Shown: positions 9,235 through 17,203, counted from the first letter of the stretch. The stretch: DNA of 54,624 nucleotides from Sulfuritalea sp. (GCA_022843505.1 JALHNN010000001.1:1-54624); one strand, 5' to 3'. Translations and numbers: made by a program. The notes: generated from the letters alone by a model not told the origin.

Positions 9235-9288
9235 AGAGTGTTGGCGCGGCTTTAGCCCCGCGCCGGTGGCTGATCCGAACCGTTAGCC
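9164..9288 (+). repeat. attC site
   Basis: GCCGAAC ccacggcca CAGCACAACCGGCGCG ... CGCGCCGGTGGCTGA tccgaacc GTTAGCC. Confidence 0.92.
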
Positions 9289-10059
9289 GAAAGACATCAT
9301 GCGTTGTTGCTGACGCTTGGCCGCAATTTCGCAGTATTCCTCGGAAAGTTCGATGCCGATGGCGTAGCGTCCGAGTTCTCGCGCGGCCTGTAGCGTGGTT
9401 CCGCTGCCCATGAACGGATCGAGCACCGTCATTCCTTCCACGCTCACGCTCGCCATGAGGCGTTTCCACGCGCCAAGCGGCTTCACGCACGGATGGCCGT
9501 TCTTCTCTGGTGTTTCCGTCAGCGTGTAGCTGCATGGTGTGCCGAAGTTCCGCTTCGTCGGGTTTTTGCCGTAGTAGAGGATCGGTTGCGCGTCGAGGTT
9601 GCCCCACGTTTGCAGCCCGACGGCTGCCGGTTGGTAGTAGCACCCGAAGCTGTCCGGCTGCGGATAGCGCATCATGTTCGTGTTCCCCGGCGTCACGACA
9701 GTTGGCCATTTGGCCACGCATCGGCGGATCACGTCCGCCACCACGTCGCGGATATATTCCGGCGTGTCATCGAAGTCGCTCGTGTAGTTTCCCCGCCCGC
9801 GGTTCGTGCTCATGCTGCCACGTCCGCCGTGGATGCCATAGGGCGGGTCAGTCATCACGAGATGGCACTTCATTTCGTCCAGCACTTCGCGGCAGTCCGC
9901 GTGATAGATGGCGCACCATTCATCACGGTAGTAGAGGCTCCTCGAAGAAAGACCGGCTAACCAGTCGCCAGAGCCAACGCCGACAGCGGCCCGAGGTTTC
10001 TCGGGAGTCTGTCCGGCGTCGGATGCCAGTTGAAATTTTGCGCTGTCGGCGTGGCTCAT
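9283..10059 (-). CDS. DNA N4-cytosine/N6-adenine methyltransferase (beta class), carried as a cassette
   Basis: 'TDPPYG' catalytic motif, 'HPCVKP', 'VLDPFMGSGTT', 'IGIELSEEYC'; stop TAA inside GTTAGCC box. Confidence 0.92.
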   Translation of the reverse strand: MSHADSAKFQLASDAGQTPEKPRAAVGVGSGDWLAGLSSRSLYYRDEWCAIYHADCREVLDEMKCHLVMTDPPYGIHGGRGSMSTNRGRGNYTSDFDDTPEYIRDVVADVIRRCVAKWPTVVTPGNTNMMRYPQPDSFGCYYQPAAVGLQTWGNLDAQPILYYGKNPTKRNFGTPCSYTLTETPEKNGHPCVKPLGAWKRLMASVSVEGMTVLDPFMGSGTTLQAARELGRYAIGIELSEEYCEIAAKRQQQRMMSFG

Positions 10060-10072
10060 CTAGGTGTTGGGC
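9955..10072 (+). repeat. attC site
   Basis: GGCTAAC cagtcgcca GAGCCAACGCCGACAGCG ... CGCTGTCGGCGTGGCTCA tctaggt GTTGGGC. Confidence 0.95.
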
Positions 10073-10302
10073 GAAGAGATGCCGTCGTTATCGGCGAGGT
10101 CTTGCACGAGCTGCTTGAGCAGCGAGGCAGGCACACGCACCGCGTCTGCGTGGTTCACTTTCAGCGTGATGTAGGCCAGCGGATTGTCGTCGAAGTATCC
10201 GCGACCCGAGTAGGATTTGGTGTAGGTGGTCGCTGTGGGCGCAGACGCGCCCAACCCGCCAGTCGAGCCAACGCTCACAGTCTGTCCTTTTTCGGTAGTC
10301 AT
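10060..10302 (-). CDS. Cassette ORF, hypothetical
   Basis: ATG 10302 with GGAG RBS in attC loop; ends 'SPNT*' directly before the MTase ATG. Confidence 0.7.
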   Translation of the reverse strand: MTTEKGQTVSVGSTGGLGASAPTATTYTKSYSGRGYFDDNPLAYITLKVNHADAVRVPASLLKQLVQDLADNDGISSPNT

Positions 10303-10359
10303 AATTACGCTCCGTCTTTTTTGGTGTTCGAGTGAGCGCGGCTCACTTCCATGTTCGGC
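10249..10359 (+). repeat. attC site
   Basis: GCCCAAC ccgccagtc GAGCCAACGCTCAC ... GTGAGCGCGGCTCA cttccat GTTCGGC. Confidence 0.92.
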
Positions 10360-10703
10360 AGAATCACGATGCTGTTCGAGATGCCGTCCCACGCGGCCAT
10401 CTGGTAGCCGCTGGCGTTGCCATCGATTTCACCGTCCACGATGTCGCGGAAGTGTGCGGCGATGTTCCACACCTTGTAGGCTGGAAAGTAGAAGGCGCGC
10501 AGCGGTTTCGCGTCCTTGAAGATTTCGATTAGCGCGTCCTGTTTGCGCGGCTCCTTGAGGTAGCTTGCGCGCACAGTGTAGCCGCGATCCGGTTCCTTGG
10601 ACTCGAAGGCAATCGAGTCGATCAAAGAGCCGAACGAGGGGCCAGACCCAACGAGCACAGCGGCTCCTTGGTCGGCGGTAGTGGGTTCTGTATTCGTGTC
10701 CAT
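10305..10703 (-). CDS. Cassette ORF, hypothetical
   Basis: MDTNTEP...'VLVGSGPSFG'...'PNMEVSRAHS'. Confidence 0.75.
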   Translation of the reverse strand: MDTNTEPTTADQGAAVLVGSGPSFGSLIDSIAFESKEPDRGYTVRASYLKEPRKQDALIEIFKDAKPLRAFYFPAYKVWNIAAHFRDIVDGEIDGNASGYQMAAWDGISNSIVILPNMEVSRAHSNTKKDGA

Positions 10704-10747
10704 AGAGTTATTTGCGCTGTGCTCGCGGGTCATCCCCGGTGTTGGGC
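10629..10747 (+). repeat. attC site
   Basis: GCCGAAC gaggggcca GACCCAACGAGCACAGCG ... CGCTGTGCTCGCGGGTCA tccccggt GTTGGGC. Confidence 0.92.
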
Positions 10748-10980
10748 CTCGTCCGCCGCAGGAGCCGACCATAGCCATGCAGGCGCTCTCCGACTGTGCA
10801 TGTGGCGGGGATTTTGCTCGGCCACCACATATCGCCGTGCCTTATGACCGTGCCGTTTTTCACAGGCTTCCAGCCTCGGGGGTAGTCGGGCGGACGAGGC
10901 CCAACCAGCCGACCACAGCGAACGCCCTTCATGCGGCCTTTCTTCGTGGATGGCGTTCTACGCTCGTGTGATGTTTTCAT
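10708..10980 (-). CDS. Cassette ORF, small basic hypothetical
   Basis: 'VRCGRLVGP' start-arm peptide, 'PNTGDDPR' end-arm peptide. Confidence 0.7.
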   Translation of the reverse strand: MKTSHERRTPSTKKGRMKGVRCGRLVGPRPPDYPRGWKPVKNGTVIRHGDMWWPSKIPATCTVGERLHGYGRLLRRTRPNTGDDPRAQRK

Positions 10981-11035
10981 AGTTCAAAGGGTTTCACGTC
11001 CGCCCTCGGGCGTCCGCTGATTCGGATTGTTAGCG
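10899..11035 (+). repeat. attC site
   Basis: GCCCAAC cagccgacca CAGCGAACGCCC ... GGGCGTCCGCTGA ttcggatt GTTAGCG. Confidence 0.9.
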
Positions 11036-11398
11036 AAGCCAGCGTGCGGTTGTGCCATCGCGCAGAGTGAGCGTGTCGCCGCACGACATGACGACTTCCC
11101 CTGATTCAAGTTCCACGCGCTCGCCGTTCGGCAGTTCTGCGCGGTATTTTCCGCCGTTCCACTTCGGAAGGTTTACTTGCTCCGGGTGCTCGATGTAGCC
11201 TACTGCCCACCAGTGGTGTCCGCCATCCGAGATTTCCATGAGCACGTTGTCGCTTATCGCGAAGTGCGAGAAGTCGGGTTGCTTGCCGTATCGCTGCACG
11301 ATTTCGAGGGCGAGCAGTTCTTCGGTAGTCTCGAACGGGACCGCTGTCGGATGGTCCACGTCGCAGAATGATGGGATGTGTTGTTTGAATGAGTTCAT
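11030..11398 (-). CDS. Cassette ORF, hypothetical (ORF open to 11485)
   Basis: MNSFKQHIPSFCD...; stop TAA inside GTTAGCG box. Confidence 0.75.
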   Translation of the reverse strand: MNSFKQHIPSFCDVDHPTAVPFETTEELLALEIVQRYGKQPDFSHFAISDNVLMEISDGGHHWWAVGYIEHPEQVNLPKWNGGKYRAELPNGERVELESGEVVMSCGDTLTLRDGTTARWLR

Positions 11399-11410
11399 AA
11401 GAATGAAAGA

Positions 11411-11499
11411 CGCTAACAAGCGATTAGAGACAACGCGGGGACTGGCCGCTTTCTGCATTCGGGGCCAGAGGGCCGCGTGTCTCACTCGCGATGTTCAGG
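11411..11499 (+). repeat. attC site
   Basis: CGCTAAC aagcgatta GAGACAACGCGG ... CCGCGTGTCTCA ctcgcgat GTTCAGG. Confidence 0.9.
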
Positions 11500-11711
11500 G
11501 AAATCGGTTCGTGCTTTTCGCAGGTGCTGTCTTCAGGGCGCCAGTCGATTTTATCTTTCACCAGTTCGCACCATCCCATGATGCGGCCCGAAAGTTGCAT
11601 GGTCTTCGTTGGCACGGATGGCATCCCCCAGTGTCTGCATGAGAAGCACCGGGGACGCCGAGCCCCCGGATCAATCGGCAGAGCCAACGCTCCATGTTCA
11701 TGTGTTTTCAT
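11424..11711 (-). CDS. Anchor cassette ORF, Cys-rich (CxxCxxW...C...C), possibly metal-binding
   Basis: ATGA-coupled to VRR-NUC; only a degenerate R''-L'' arm (ccggatc aatcggca GAGCCAACGC, 11666-11690). Confidence 0.65.
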   Translation of the reverse strand: MKTHEHGALALPIDPGARRPRCFSCRHWGMPSVPTKTMQLSGRIMGWCELVKDKIDWRPEDSTCEKHEPISLNIASETRGPLAPNAESGQSPRCL

Positions 11712-12289
11712 GCGAAATCTTTCGCGGCGTTAAGATAACCCAAAATCATCCTCCGCGCCACGTCCTCCGAGCGCGCCACCCCGACGTTGTATCCTTGCTT
11801 GGAAAGCTGGCGGTGAAATTCCTCCTGCTCTGGCGTCACCACTCCGGTCTCGGTCTTCACCTCAATGAACAGGCCCTTCCCGGTAGGGGTGGTCACGGCC
11901 AGTATCAGGTCGGGCGCACCGCGCCGCAGACCCTCGGCCTTCATAATGGCACCCGTCACGTCCCCTCCACGGAATCCCCCATTAGGAGTCGAGAACAGCA
12001 GGATCTCTGGAATGCCCAGCCTGACACACTCCTTGGACCACCAAGCGATAACGGCGCGCTGAATCCTGCTCTCCTCGTTGTTCCTGCGCTTGCGCTTGGC
12101 TGCCGGCGGCAATATGAAGCCGTCCAGGCTTCCGTGCTTTTCCGTCCAAGCGTTGATCGCCCTCAGTTGGTGTTTGTCGTAGGGCACGGGCGGCGGAGGC
12201 TGGCGTAATACCGCTGCATCCGGCGGTAATACTTGCCAAGCTGGGAGAGGCGGCCCACCGGACGCCCGGGGCGTTCGATGGGTTCCCAT
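11708..12289 (-). CDS. VRR-NUC domain nuclease
   Basis: 'EESRIQ...FSTPNGG...GLRRGAPDL...LFIEVKTETGVVTPEQ'; true start uncertain. Confidence 0.85.
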   Translation of the reverse strand: MGTHRTPRASGGPPLPAWQVLPPDAAVLRQPPPPVPYDKHQLRAINAWTEKHGSLDGFILPPAAKRKRRNNEESRIQRAVIAWWSKECVRLGIPEILLFSTPNGGFRGGDVTGAIMKAEGLRRGAPDLILAVTTPTGKGLFIEVKTETGVVTPEQEEFHRQLSKQGYNVGVARSEDVARRMILGYLNAAKDFA

Positions 12290-12317
12290 GGGTGGTAGTG
12301 TTTCTTCTTCATGGTCA

Positions 12318-13487
12318 TCAAATTTTCACGAGCCACTCATTGACCGCCTGATCCAGCAGCGGCTTGAGGGTGGCATCGACAACGCCCTTTGCGGTGACGG
12401 GGGCTGCGCCCCCCTTGTTGATGCCGCGTTCCTCGGCGATTTCGTCGATCAAGCGAGACATGGAAATCTTGACGGTGGTGGAAAACCGTTCTTCGGACTC
12501 CAGCAGGTCCTTGGCACGGCGATAGTAGGTATAGGGTTGAACACCATCCTTGAGCGAGTATTGGCCTCCGTGCGGGCGCAGGACGTAACTGCCGCCATCG
12601 GCGCAGGGCAGCGAGCCGTTGCGCTTTATGCGGTCCTTAGCCATGGCAATGGCATCATCGATCGGGGTCGCCAGCCGCCGGCCGATCTCGACGAACTTGG
12701 ACAGCGTGAGGTCGTCCGGCTCCGGTCCGGTCGCCGCCAATGCTTCGGGGGTGAGGGTCATCTTCATAGATTCAAGCTCTTCCATTTCTGCCCTCAGCGC
12801 CGGGCAGCTGGGGCCAATGCAGTAGTCGCACCACGGGCCGGTGTGCAACTCATCCTGCCTGTCTAGCTGGGCGCCCATCCGGTTGTCGAGAGCGGAGACC
12901 ACGCCGTTCACGATCTCGGGGCCAACCACGACCGTCGAAACGCGGTCAAATCCAGCCTCTTCGTCGGCGTAAAACTGCACGATCTGGACCATGGCGTTCT
13001 GGATCTCGGCCCACGCCCGTTTTACCAAGGCCAAGTAACCGTTTCCCTGCTCGTTTTCCGATGCCGGATCAACGATCTTTCGTCCGGTCTTCCAGTCGAT
13101 GATGATGACGCTTTTCCCGTCCGGACTGATCGCCAGCAGGTCGATGTGACCGGATTGAATCCACCGCTCGTAACGGTAGGCCAGCCCAACCTCAACCATG
13201 AGGGTCCAGTCGTCCGGCACCGTTTCTCGGATGTGCCGAATCGCCCAGCCCACGATCCACATTGAGAACGCCGGAAGGCGGTAGCCGGCCGGAACGTCAG
13301 GCGCGGCCAGCTCTTCGGGCCCCTCGGCCCCCAGTTCGTCGATGGCGCGCCGCGCAATCAGGTAATGCAGCATGGCGCCCTCGTGGCCGTCATCCCCCTG
13401 GCGGGAGCGCACCTTGGGGCGCAGGACTATCGAGGCCCCGCAATTCAGGGCGCGCTTCAATTCGCTGGTGCGGATGGTGGGAATCAA
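12318..13487 (-). CDS. PD-(D/E)XK exonuclease (RecB/Cas4-like)
   Basis: 'SEL...NC', 'GAMLH', 'SGHIDLL...IIDWKTG', 'GPWCDYC...CP'. Confidence 0.8.
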   Translation of the reverse strand: MIPTIRTSELKRALNCGASIVLRPKVRSRQGDDGHEGAMLHYLIARRAIDELGAEGPEELAAPDVPAGYRLPAFSMWIVGWAIRHIRETVPDDWTLMVEVGLAYRYERWIQSGHIDLLAISPDGKSVIIIDWKTGRKIVDPASENEQGNGYLALVKRAWAEIQNAMVQIVQFYADEEAGFDRVSTVVVGPEIVNGVVSALDNRMGAQLDRQDELHTGPWCDYCIGPSCPALRAEMEELESMKMTLTPEALAATGPEPDDLTLSKFVEIGRRLATPIDDAIAMAKDRIKRNGSLPCADGGSYVLRPHGGQYSLKDGVQPYTYYRRAKDLLESEERFSTTVKISMSRLIDEIAEERGINKGGAAPVTAKGVVDATLKPLLDQAVNEWLVKI

Positions 13488-14293
13488 AACATCCTCCGTC
13501 CCGTCGATACCGGCTCCCGCTTGATCTCAAATGACACGCCCGGGCATGTCGGCACGGCAGAACCTTCCTTCCACGGCGTACAGAAGGTTGCAATCAGCCC
13601 CTGCGTGTTGGGGGTGCGGATGACGAACTGATCGGGGAGAGCGGCAAGGTCTGTGACGGTGGGAACCAAAGTGACACGGAAGGAAACGCCAATCGGCTTG
13701 GCGGCTACCGGCGCAGGTGCATAGCGGACCGCCTCGATGGCCTTCTCGGTCTCAGTTTTTTCGCGAGGGGCCTCCGGCTCCAAGGAATCCTCCAATAGAA
13801 GAACGTCGCCCTCTTCAGCAGCCTCCAGCGCAGCCGCTTCCTGTTCGCGTTGGAGCCGCATGGCTTCGTCGGCCAGACGTTTCGCCTCCTTCTCCTCGGC
13901 CAATCGGATGGCTTCAAGACGCGCCAGTTCCTTCTGCCGGGCGGCCTCGGCCTCGCGGGCGCGCCTATCCTGCTCGATGACGTAGGCGGTAAGGCGCTGC
14001 TTGAGCTTGTCCTTGGCGGCCTCGATCCGCTCCATCGGCTCTCTGGCAGCAGCGTCGATCAGGCGCCCGGCCTCGATGAACGGCGCCTTCAGTCCCTTGC
14101 GCGTGGCATCAAGCTTTTTGCCGGCTGTCGTCAGCCTGATTTGAATGTCGGCCGCAGCCTGGGCGCCGGCATCGTCATTGATGGCCAAGGCGGCAACTTG
14201 GGCCTCGACCTGGGCGAGGGTTTCAAGGAAACGGGAGTCGGCGAGGACGACCGGAGCCTGAATCTCGGGAATGGCAACAGTCAGGCTGTTCAT
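13484..14293 (-). CDS. Coiled-coil recombination-module protein
   Basis: 'LDATRKGLKAPF...IDA...P' plus C-terminal 'LPDQF...PGV'; typical neighbour of phage exonuclease/SSAP. Confidence 0.55.
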   Translation of the reverse strand: MNSLTVAIPEIQAPVVLADSRFLETLAQVEAQVAALAINDDAGAQAAADIQIRLTTAGKKLDATRKGLKAPFIEAGRLIDAAAREPMERIEAAKDKLKQRLTAYVIEQDRRAREAEAARQKELARLEAIRLAEEKEAKRLADEAMRLQREQEAAALEAAEEGDVLLLEDSLEPEAPREKTETEKAIEAVRYAPAPVAAKPIGVSFRVTLVPTVTDLAALPDQFVIRTPNTQGLIATFCTPWKEGSAVPTCPGVSFEIKREPVSTGRRMF

Positions 14294-14321
14294 GGTAACA
14301 CCTCCCGAATCTTCACGCGCT

Positions 14322-15815
14322 TCACTCCTCGACCACTTCCGGGTCCTCCGGATGCGCCTCCTCGATCTTAATGGACTGGATCAGGGCCACGACCTTGACT
14401 TCCCGGACGGTCGTGTCGCCAACCTTGCGGGACACGGGACTCGACTTGCCCACGATGACGAGCTTGACGGGAAGGTCTTCGGCCTTCGCCGCCTTCCATT
14501 CGGCGTTGGGTTCGTAAACGGGCGCGTCTTTCGTACCGACGTTGATTCCGCCGCCGAAGTGATACGCCGGGCCGATGTATTCCCCTTTGAGCAAGACGTG
14601 CGCGCTGGGGGAGGAAACGACCTTCCCGTCTGCGTCCTTGTTGGCCATGGAAATGCCGCGCATGGTTTCGACGTGGCAAACAACCTCGATCCGCTGGCCA
14701 TCGGTCAGGGTTCCGGCCGTGACGGTCGAATGTTGCGCAGGCGCGGAATCGGCGGGCGCATGTGCTTCCTTGGCCGCAGCCGCCTTCATGCGCGCTTCGC
14801 GGTCCTTCATGGCCTTGGCATTCTGGGCGGCGGTGGCGGGGGCTTCGGCTGCGGCAGCCGGCTCCGCATCCTTGGGCACAGAATTCTCTGCCACGGCGGC
14901 GATGCCTGCGGTACTGCGCGGGCGTCCACGCGGGCGCCGTCCAGCCGGCGCCGAGTCGTCCGCGCTTTCAGGGGCGGGGGTTTCCCCCTGAACCTCCGCC
15001 CCGGGGCCCGCTTCAGCCTCCTGACGTGCGCCGAACCAATCGCCTAGGGCGCTGTGGCCGTCCCGGAGGGAGTTGTGGATCTTCAGGAGGTCCGCCAGCT
15101 CTTCGCCCGTCACGGCGTCGAGGGCGTGGCCGACGCGCTGCTCGATCAGCGATGCCGGAACGCCAAGCGTTTTGAACGCCTCGATCATGCGACGAATGCG
15201 ATCCGTCAACGGGGCGTCCGCCGCGCCGGCCAACGTCCGGTCGCACTGGGCCATCGCTGCGGCCACCAAATCCGCCGGAATGATGGCGAGAATCCGGGCG
15301 CGGAGCCGCCGTCCGCCCATGTTTGCCGTCAGTTCGTAAATATCGCGCTCGTCCGTCAGCGCGACACCGCCCCCCTTTTTGTCCCGGATGTGGCGGACTG
15401 TGAACTTCTGGGAAGACATGGTGTTGGTCTCCAGGTCCCAGCAATACGCCTCCATTTCGGAGACCCCTTCCTTGCGGGACAGTTCGCGGATGCCGTAGTC
15501 GATGTTTCCCCAGTTGGCCGCGAGCATTTCAGCGAGCCGGATTGATGGGCCGCTGACAGTCTGCGCACCGCGGGGGAAGGAGTAAATCGCCTCCTCCGCA
15601 AGGCCCGGGCGCCGGCAGGCGTCGATGATGTTGGCATAGGCCCGGGCTTGATCGCGGGGAAATCGCTTGGCGATTACCAGCTTGCCCTGGGCCTCCGCGG
15701 TGGCGCGCTCGGACTCGATGGCGACTGCGCCTGCGTTGACGTGCTCGGCCAGGTGCCGGGCAAATGGATTGCTGATAACGGGGGGCTGGGTGTGAACGAT
15801 GGGTTCGTTGGGCAT
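14322..15815 (-). CDS. Putative ssDNA-annealing protein with low-complexity C-terminus
   Basis: 'AKRFPRD...AEEAIYSFPRG...SGPSIRLAE...WGN...AYCWDLETN'; upstream of exonuclease. Confidence 0.6.
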   Translation of the reverse strand: MPNEPIVHTQPPVISNPFARHLAEHVNAGAVAIESERATAEAQGKLVIAKRFPRDQARAYANIIDACRRPGLAEEAIYSFPRGAQTVSGPSIRLAEMLAANWGNIDYGIRELSRKEGVSEMEAYCWDLETNTMSSQKFTVRHIRDKKGGGVALTDERDIYELTANMGGRRLRARILAIIPADLVAAAMAQCDRTLAGAADAPLTDRIRRMIEAFKTLGVPASLIEQRVGHALDAVTGEELADLLKIHNSLRDGHSALGDWFGARQEAEAGPGAEVQGETPAPESADDSAPAGRRPRGRPRSTAGIAAVAENSVPKDAEPAAAAEAPATAAQNAKAMKDREARMKAAAAKEAHAPADSAPAQHSTVTAGTLTDGQRIEVVCHVETMRGISMANKDADGKVVSSPSAHVLLKGEYIGPAYHFGGGINVGTKDAPVYEPNAEWKAAKAEDLPVKLVIVGKSSPVSRKVGDTTVREVKVVALIQSIKIEEAHPEDPEVVEE

Positions 15816-15842
15816 GTTCTTTCGACGGTCGGGGGTTGGAGG

Positions 15843-15977
15843 TTAAAGTTTCCGCGGGCGTCTGCCGGCATAATAGGCCAGCAGCGAAAATTCGACTTCC
15901 TTCGGGCAGGTTCGCCCGCTCCGGGCGGCGGCCTTGCGCACCTTCGCGGTCACCTTCGGGCTTAGGCGGATTTGCAT
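15843..15977 (-). CDS. Arc/RHH-like small DNA-binding protein
   Basis: MQIRLSPKVTAKVRKAAARSGRTCPKEVEFSL. Confidence 0.6.
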   Translation of the reverse strand: MQIRLSPKVTAKVRKAAARSGRTCPKEVEFSLLAYYAGRRPRKL

Positions 15978-15984
15978 TTGCCCC

Positions 15985-16012
15985 ACGTTGCCCCGTCCCG
16001 GCGCACCGTCAA
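15985..16012 (-). promoter_or_regulatory. Putative sigma70-like promoter of the leftward recombination operon, which ends in array 1
   Basis: TTGACG-N16-CAACGT 8 nt ahead of the RHH ATG; weak -10. Confidence 0.4.
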
Positions 16013-16176
16013 GGATTAAAACAACTTTTGTTGTTCCATGCGGCGGACAACGTCGCGCCGGTCGGGGGGCGGCGCCTTCGGACGACGCCGGCTGGCCAAT
16101 TCCCGGGCCACTTGGGACGCCGTCCAATGCGGGTGCTGCGCCCAGACGCGGGCGAAGAGGACGGAAAAGCGGGGTT

Positions 16177-16323
16177 TCATTTTGCGCCCCTCCTATTCCG
16201 GTTTGTCCGTGCCCGCAGACGCCTCACCTTATTCGCGTCTCCGATCCGGATGCGCCGCTGAAAGCAGAGCCGGACAAACTCGGCATTCGCACTCTCCCCA
16301 GCTTCTCTTTTCGGCACCTTCAT
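16177..16323 (-). CDS. Small hypothetical early protein
   Basis: ATGA overlap with upstream ORF. Confidence 0.45.
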   Translation of the reverse strand: MKVPKREAGESANAEFVRLCFQRRIRIGDANKVRRLRARTNRNRRGAK

Positions 16324-16661
16324 GCTGGCAACGATAGCGCGGCCTCGTCCCTGATCGACTTCAAAACGGCACTCATGGCGCGGGGCTTGCCGGAGCCGAG
16401 AAAGAACCGCCAGGCAAGGCCGTGGACGGAGGAATAGAAGGTGCGGGCGTCGTAACCGGCTTCGAACAGCAGCCGCCACCGCTCGGCGGCTGCGGGCGTA
16501 AGGACATACCCGGCGGGGGCGCGGGCCACGCGGGCGCGCAAAGCCCGGGCCAATCGTCCGGCGCGCTCCCGGTCGGCATCGCTGGTCTCATCGGACAGGG
16601 TGATAAGAATATGGGGCGCACTGCTGGGGAAGCGGCGTTGCTCGGTCAGGGTGAAGGGCAT
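16320..16661 (-). CDS. Hypothetical early protein
   Basis: 113 aa ORF in leftward run. Confidence 0.6.
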   Translation of the reverse strand: MPFTLTEQRRFPSSAPHILITLSDETSDADRERAGRLARALRARVARAPAGYVLTPAAAERWRLLFEAGYDARTFYSSVHGLAWRFFLGSGKPRAMSAVLKSIRDEAALSLPA

Positions 16662-16686
16662 GGCGATATGGAAAACGGGGGTTGGA

Positions 16687-16890
16687 CTAGTGCGTGTTGG
16701 CCGAATCAGTCGTCGCTAGTTCTGCTCGAATCTTGTCAGCGAGCTTTGCCGTTCCCGCCATCCGCATTCCGTAGTCGTCTAGCCAGTCTAGGGCTTTCCG
16801 AAGAAGTTCCTCCTTGCGGGATTCCCGAGATCGGCGGTTTCTTTCCTCCCGCCGCTCGATGGCGTCGTCGGTTGAGTTGTAGAATCTCAT
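16687..16890 (-). CDS. Hypothetical early protein
   Basis: MRFYNSTDD..., ATGA coupled. Confidence 0.5.
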   Translation of the reverse strand: MRFYNSTDDAIERREERNRRSRESRKEELLRKALDWLDDYGMRMAGTAKLADKIRAELATTDSANTH

Positions 16891-17069
16891 TCGGTGTCGA
16901 ATCCGAGTTCGGTCAGAGTTTCCGTCAGGTTTGTGGTGATATCCTTCCCGTATGTTCCGACCTCCCACCGGATGATGCTCCAGCGAGTCACGGACTTTCC
17001 GTTGATTACTTTCGTGCGCCCAACGGTCATTGATTCCAGTTCCTTTGCTGCGTAATTGGTAGAGTTCAT
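16887..17069 (-). CDS. Hypothetical early protein
   Basis: MNSTNYAAKELES... Confidence 0.5.
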   Translation of the reverse strand: MNSTNYAAKELESMTVGRTKVINGKSVTRWSIIRWEVGTYGKDITTNLTETLTELGFDTE

Positions 17070-17203
17070 GCCTACGAGACTGCACATTGTGTGGTCACCT
17101 GGCCGATCACTTCCGCCCCCCGTCGCCCTCGCCATCCAGAAAAATCAGGATGACGAGAACCAGGATGCAGGCGATGGCGAAGATTATGGTTTGCGCGTTC
17201 ATT

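Larger units (their letters stand above)
6732..11711. mobile_element. Integron-like cassette array 1 (12 ORFs on minus strand, attC polarity on plus strand, no integrase)
   Basis: Each short ORF is bounded by RYYSAAC...stem...GGCTSA-N7-8-GTTSRRY palindromes; see individual sites. Confidence 0.9.

Noticed and set aside
6732-11711. Intergenic repeats as a CRISPR array, REP elements or rho-independent terminators
   Set aside because: The repeats are non-identical, separated by whole ORFs and lack U-tracts. They show attC box structure with cassette-specific R''/R' pairing.
12318-13487. Cas4 / CRISPR-associated system
   Set aside because: No other cas genes or array. The context (annealing protein, VRR-NUC) indicates a phage recombination exonuclease.
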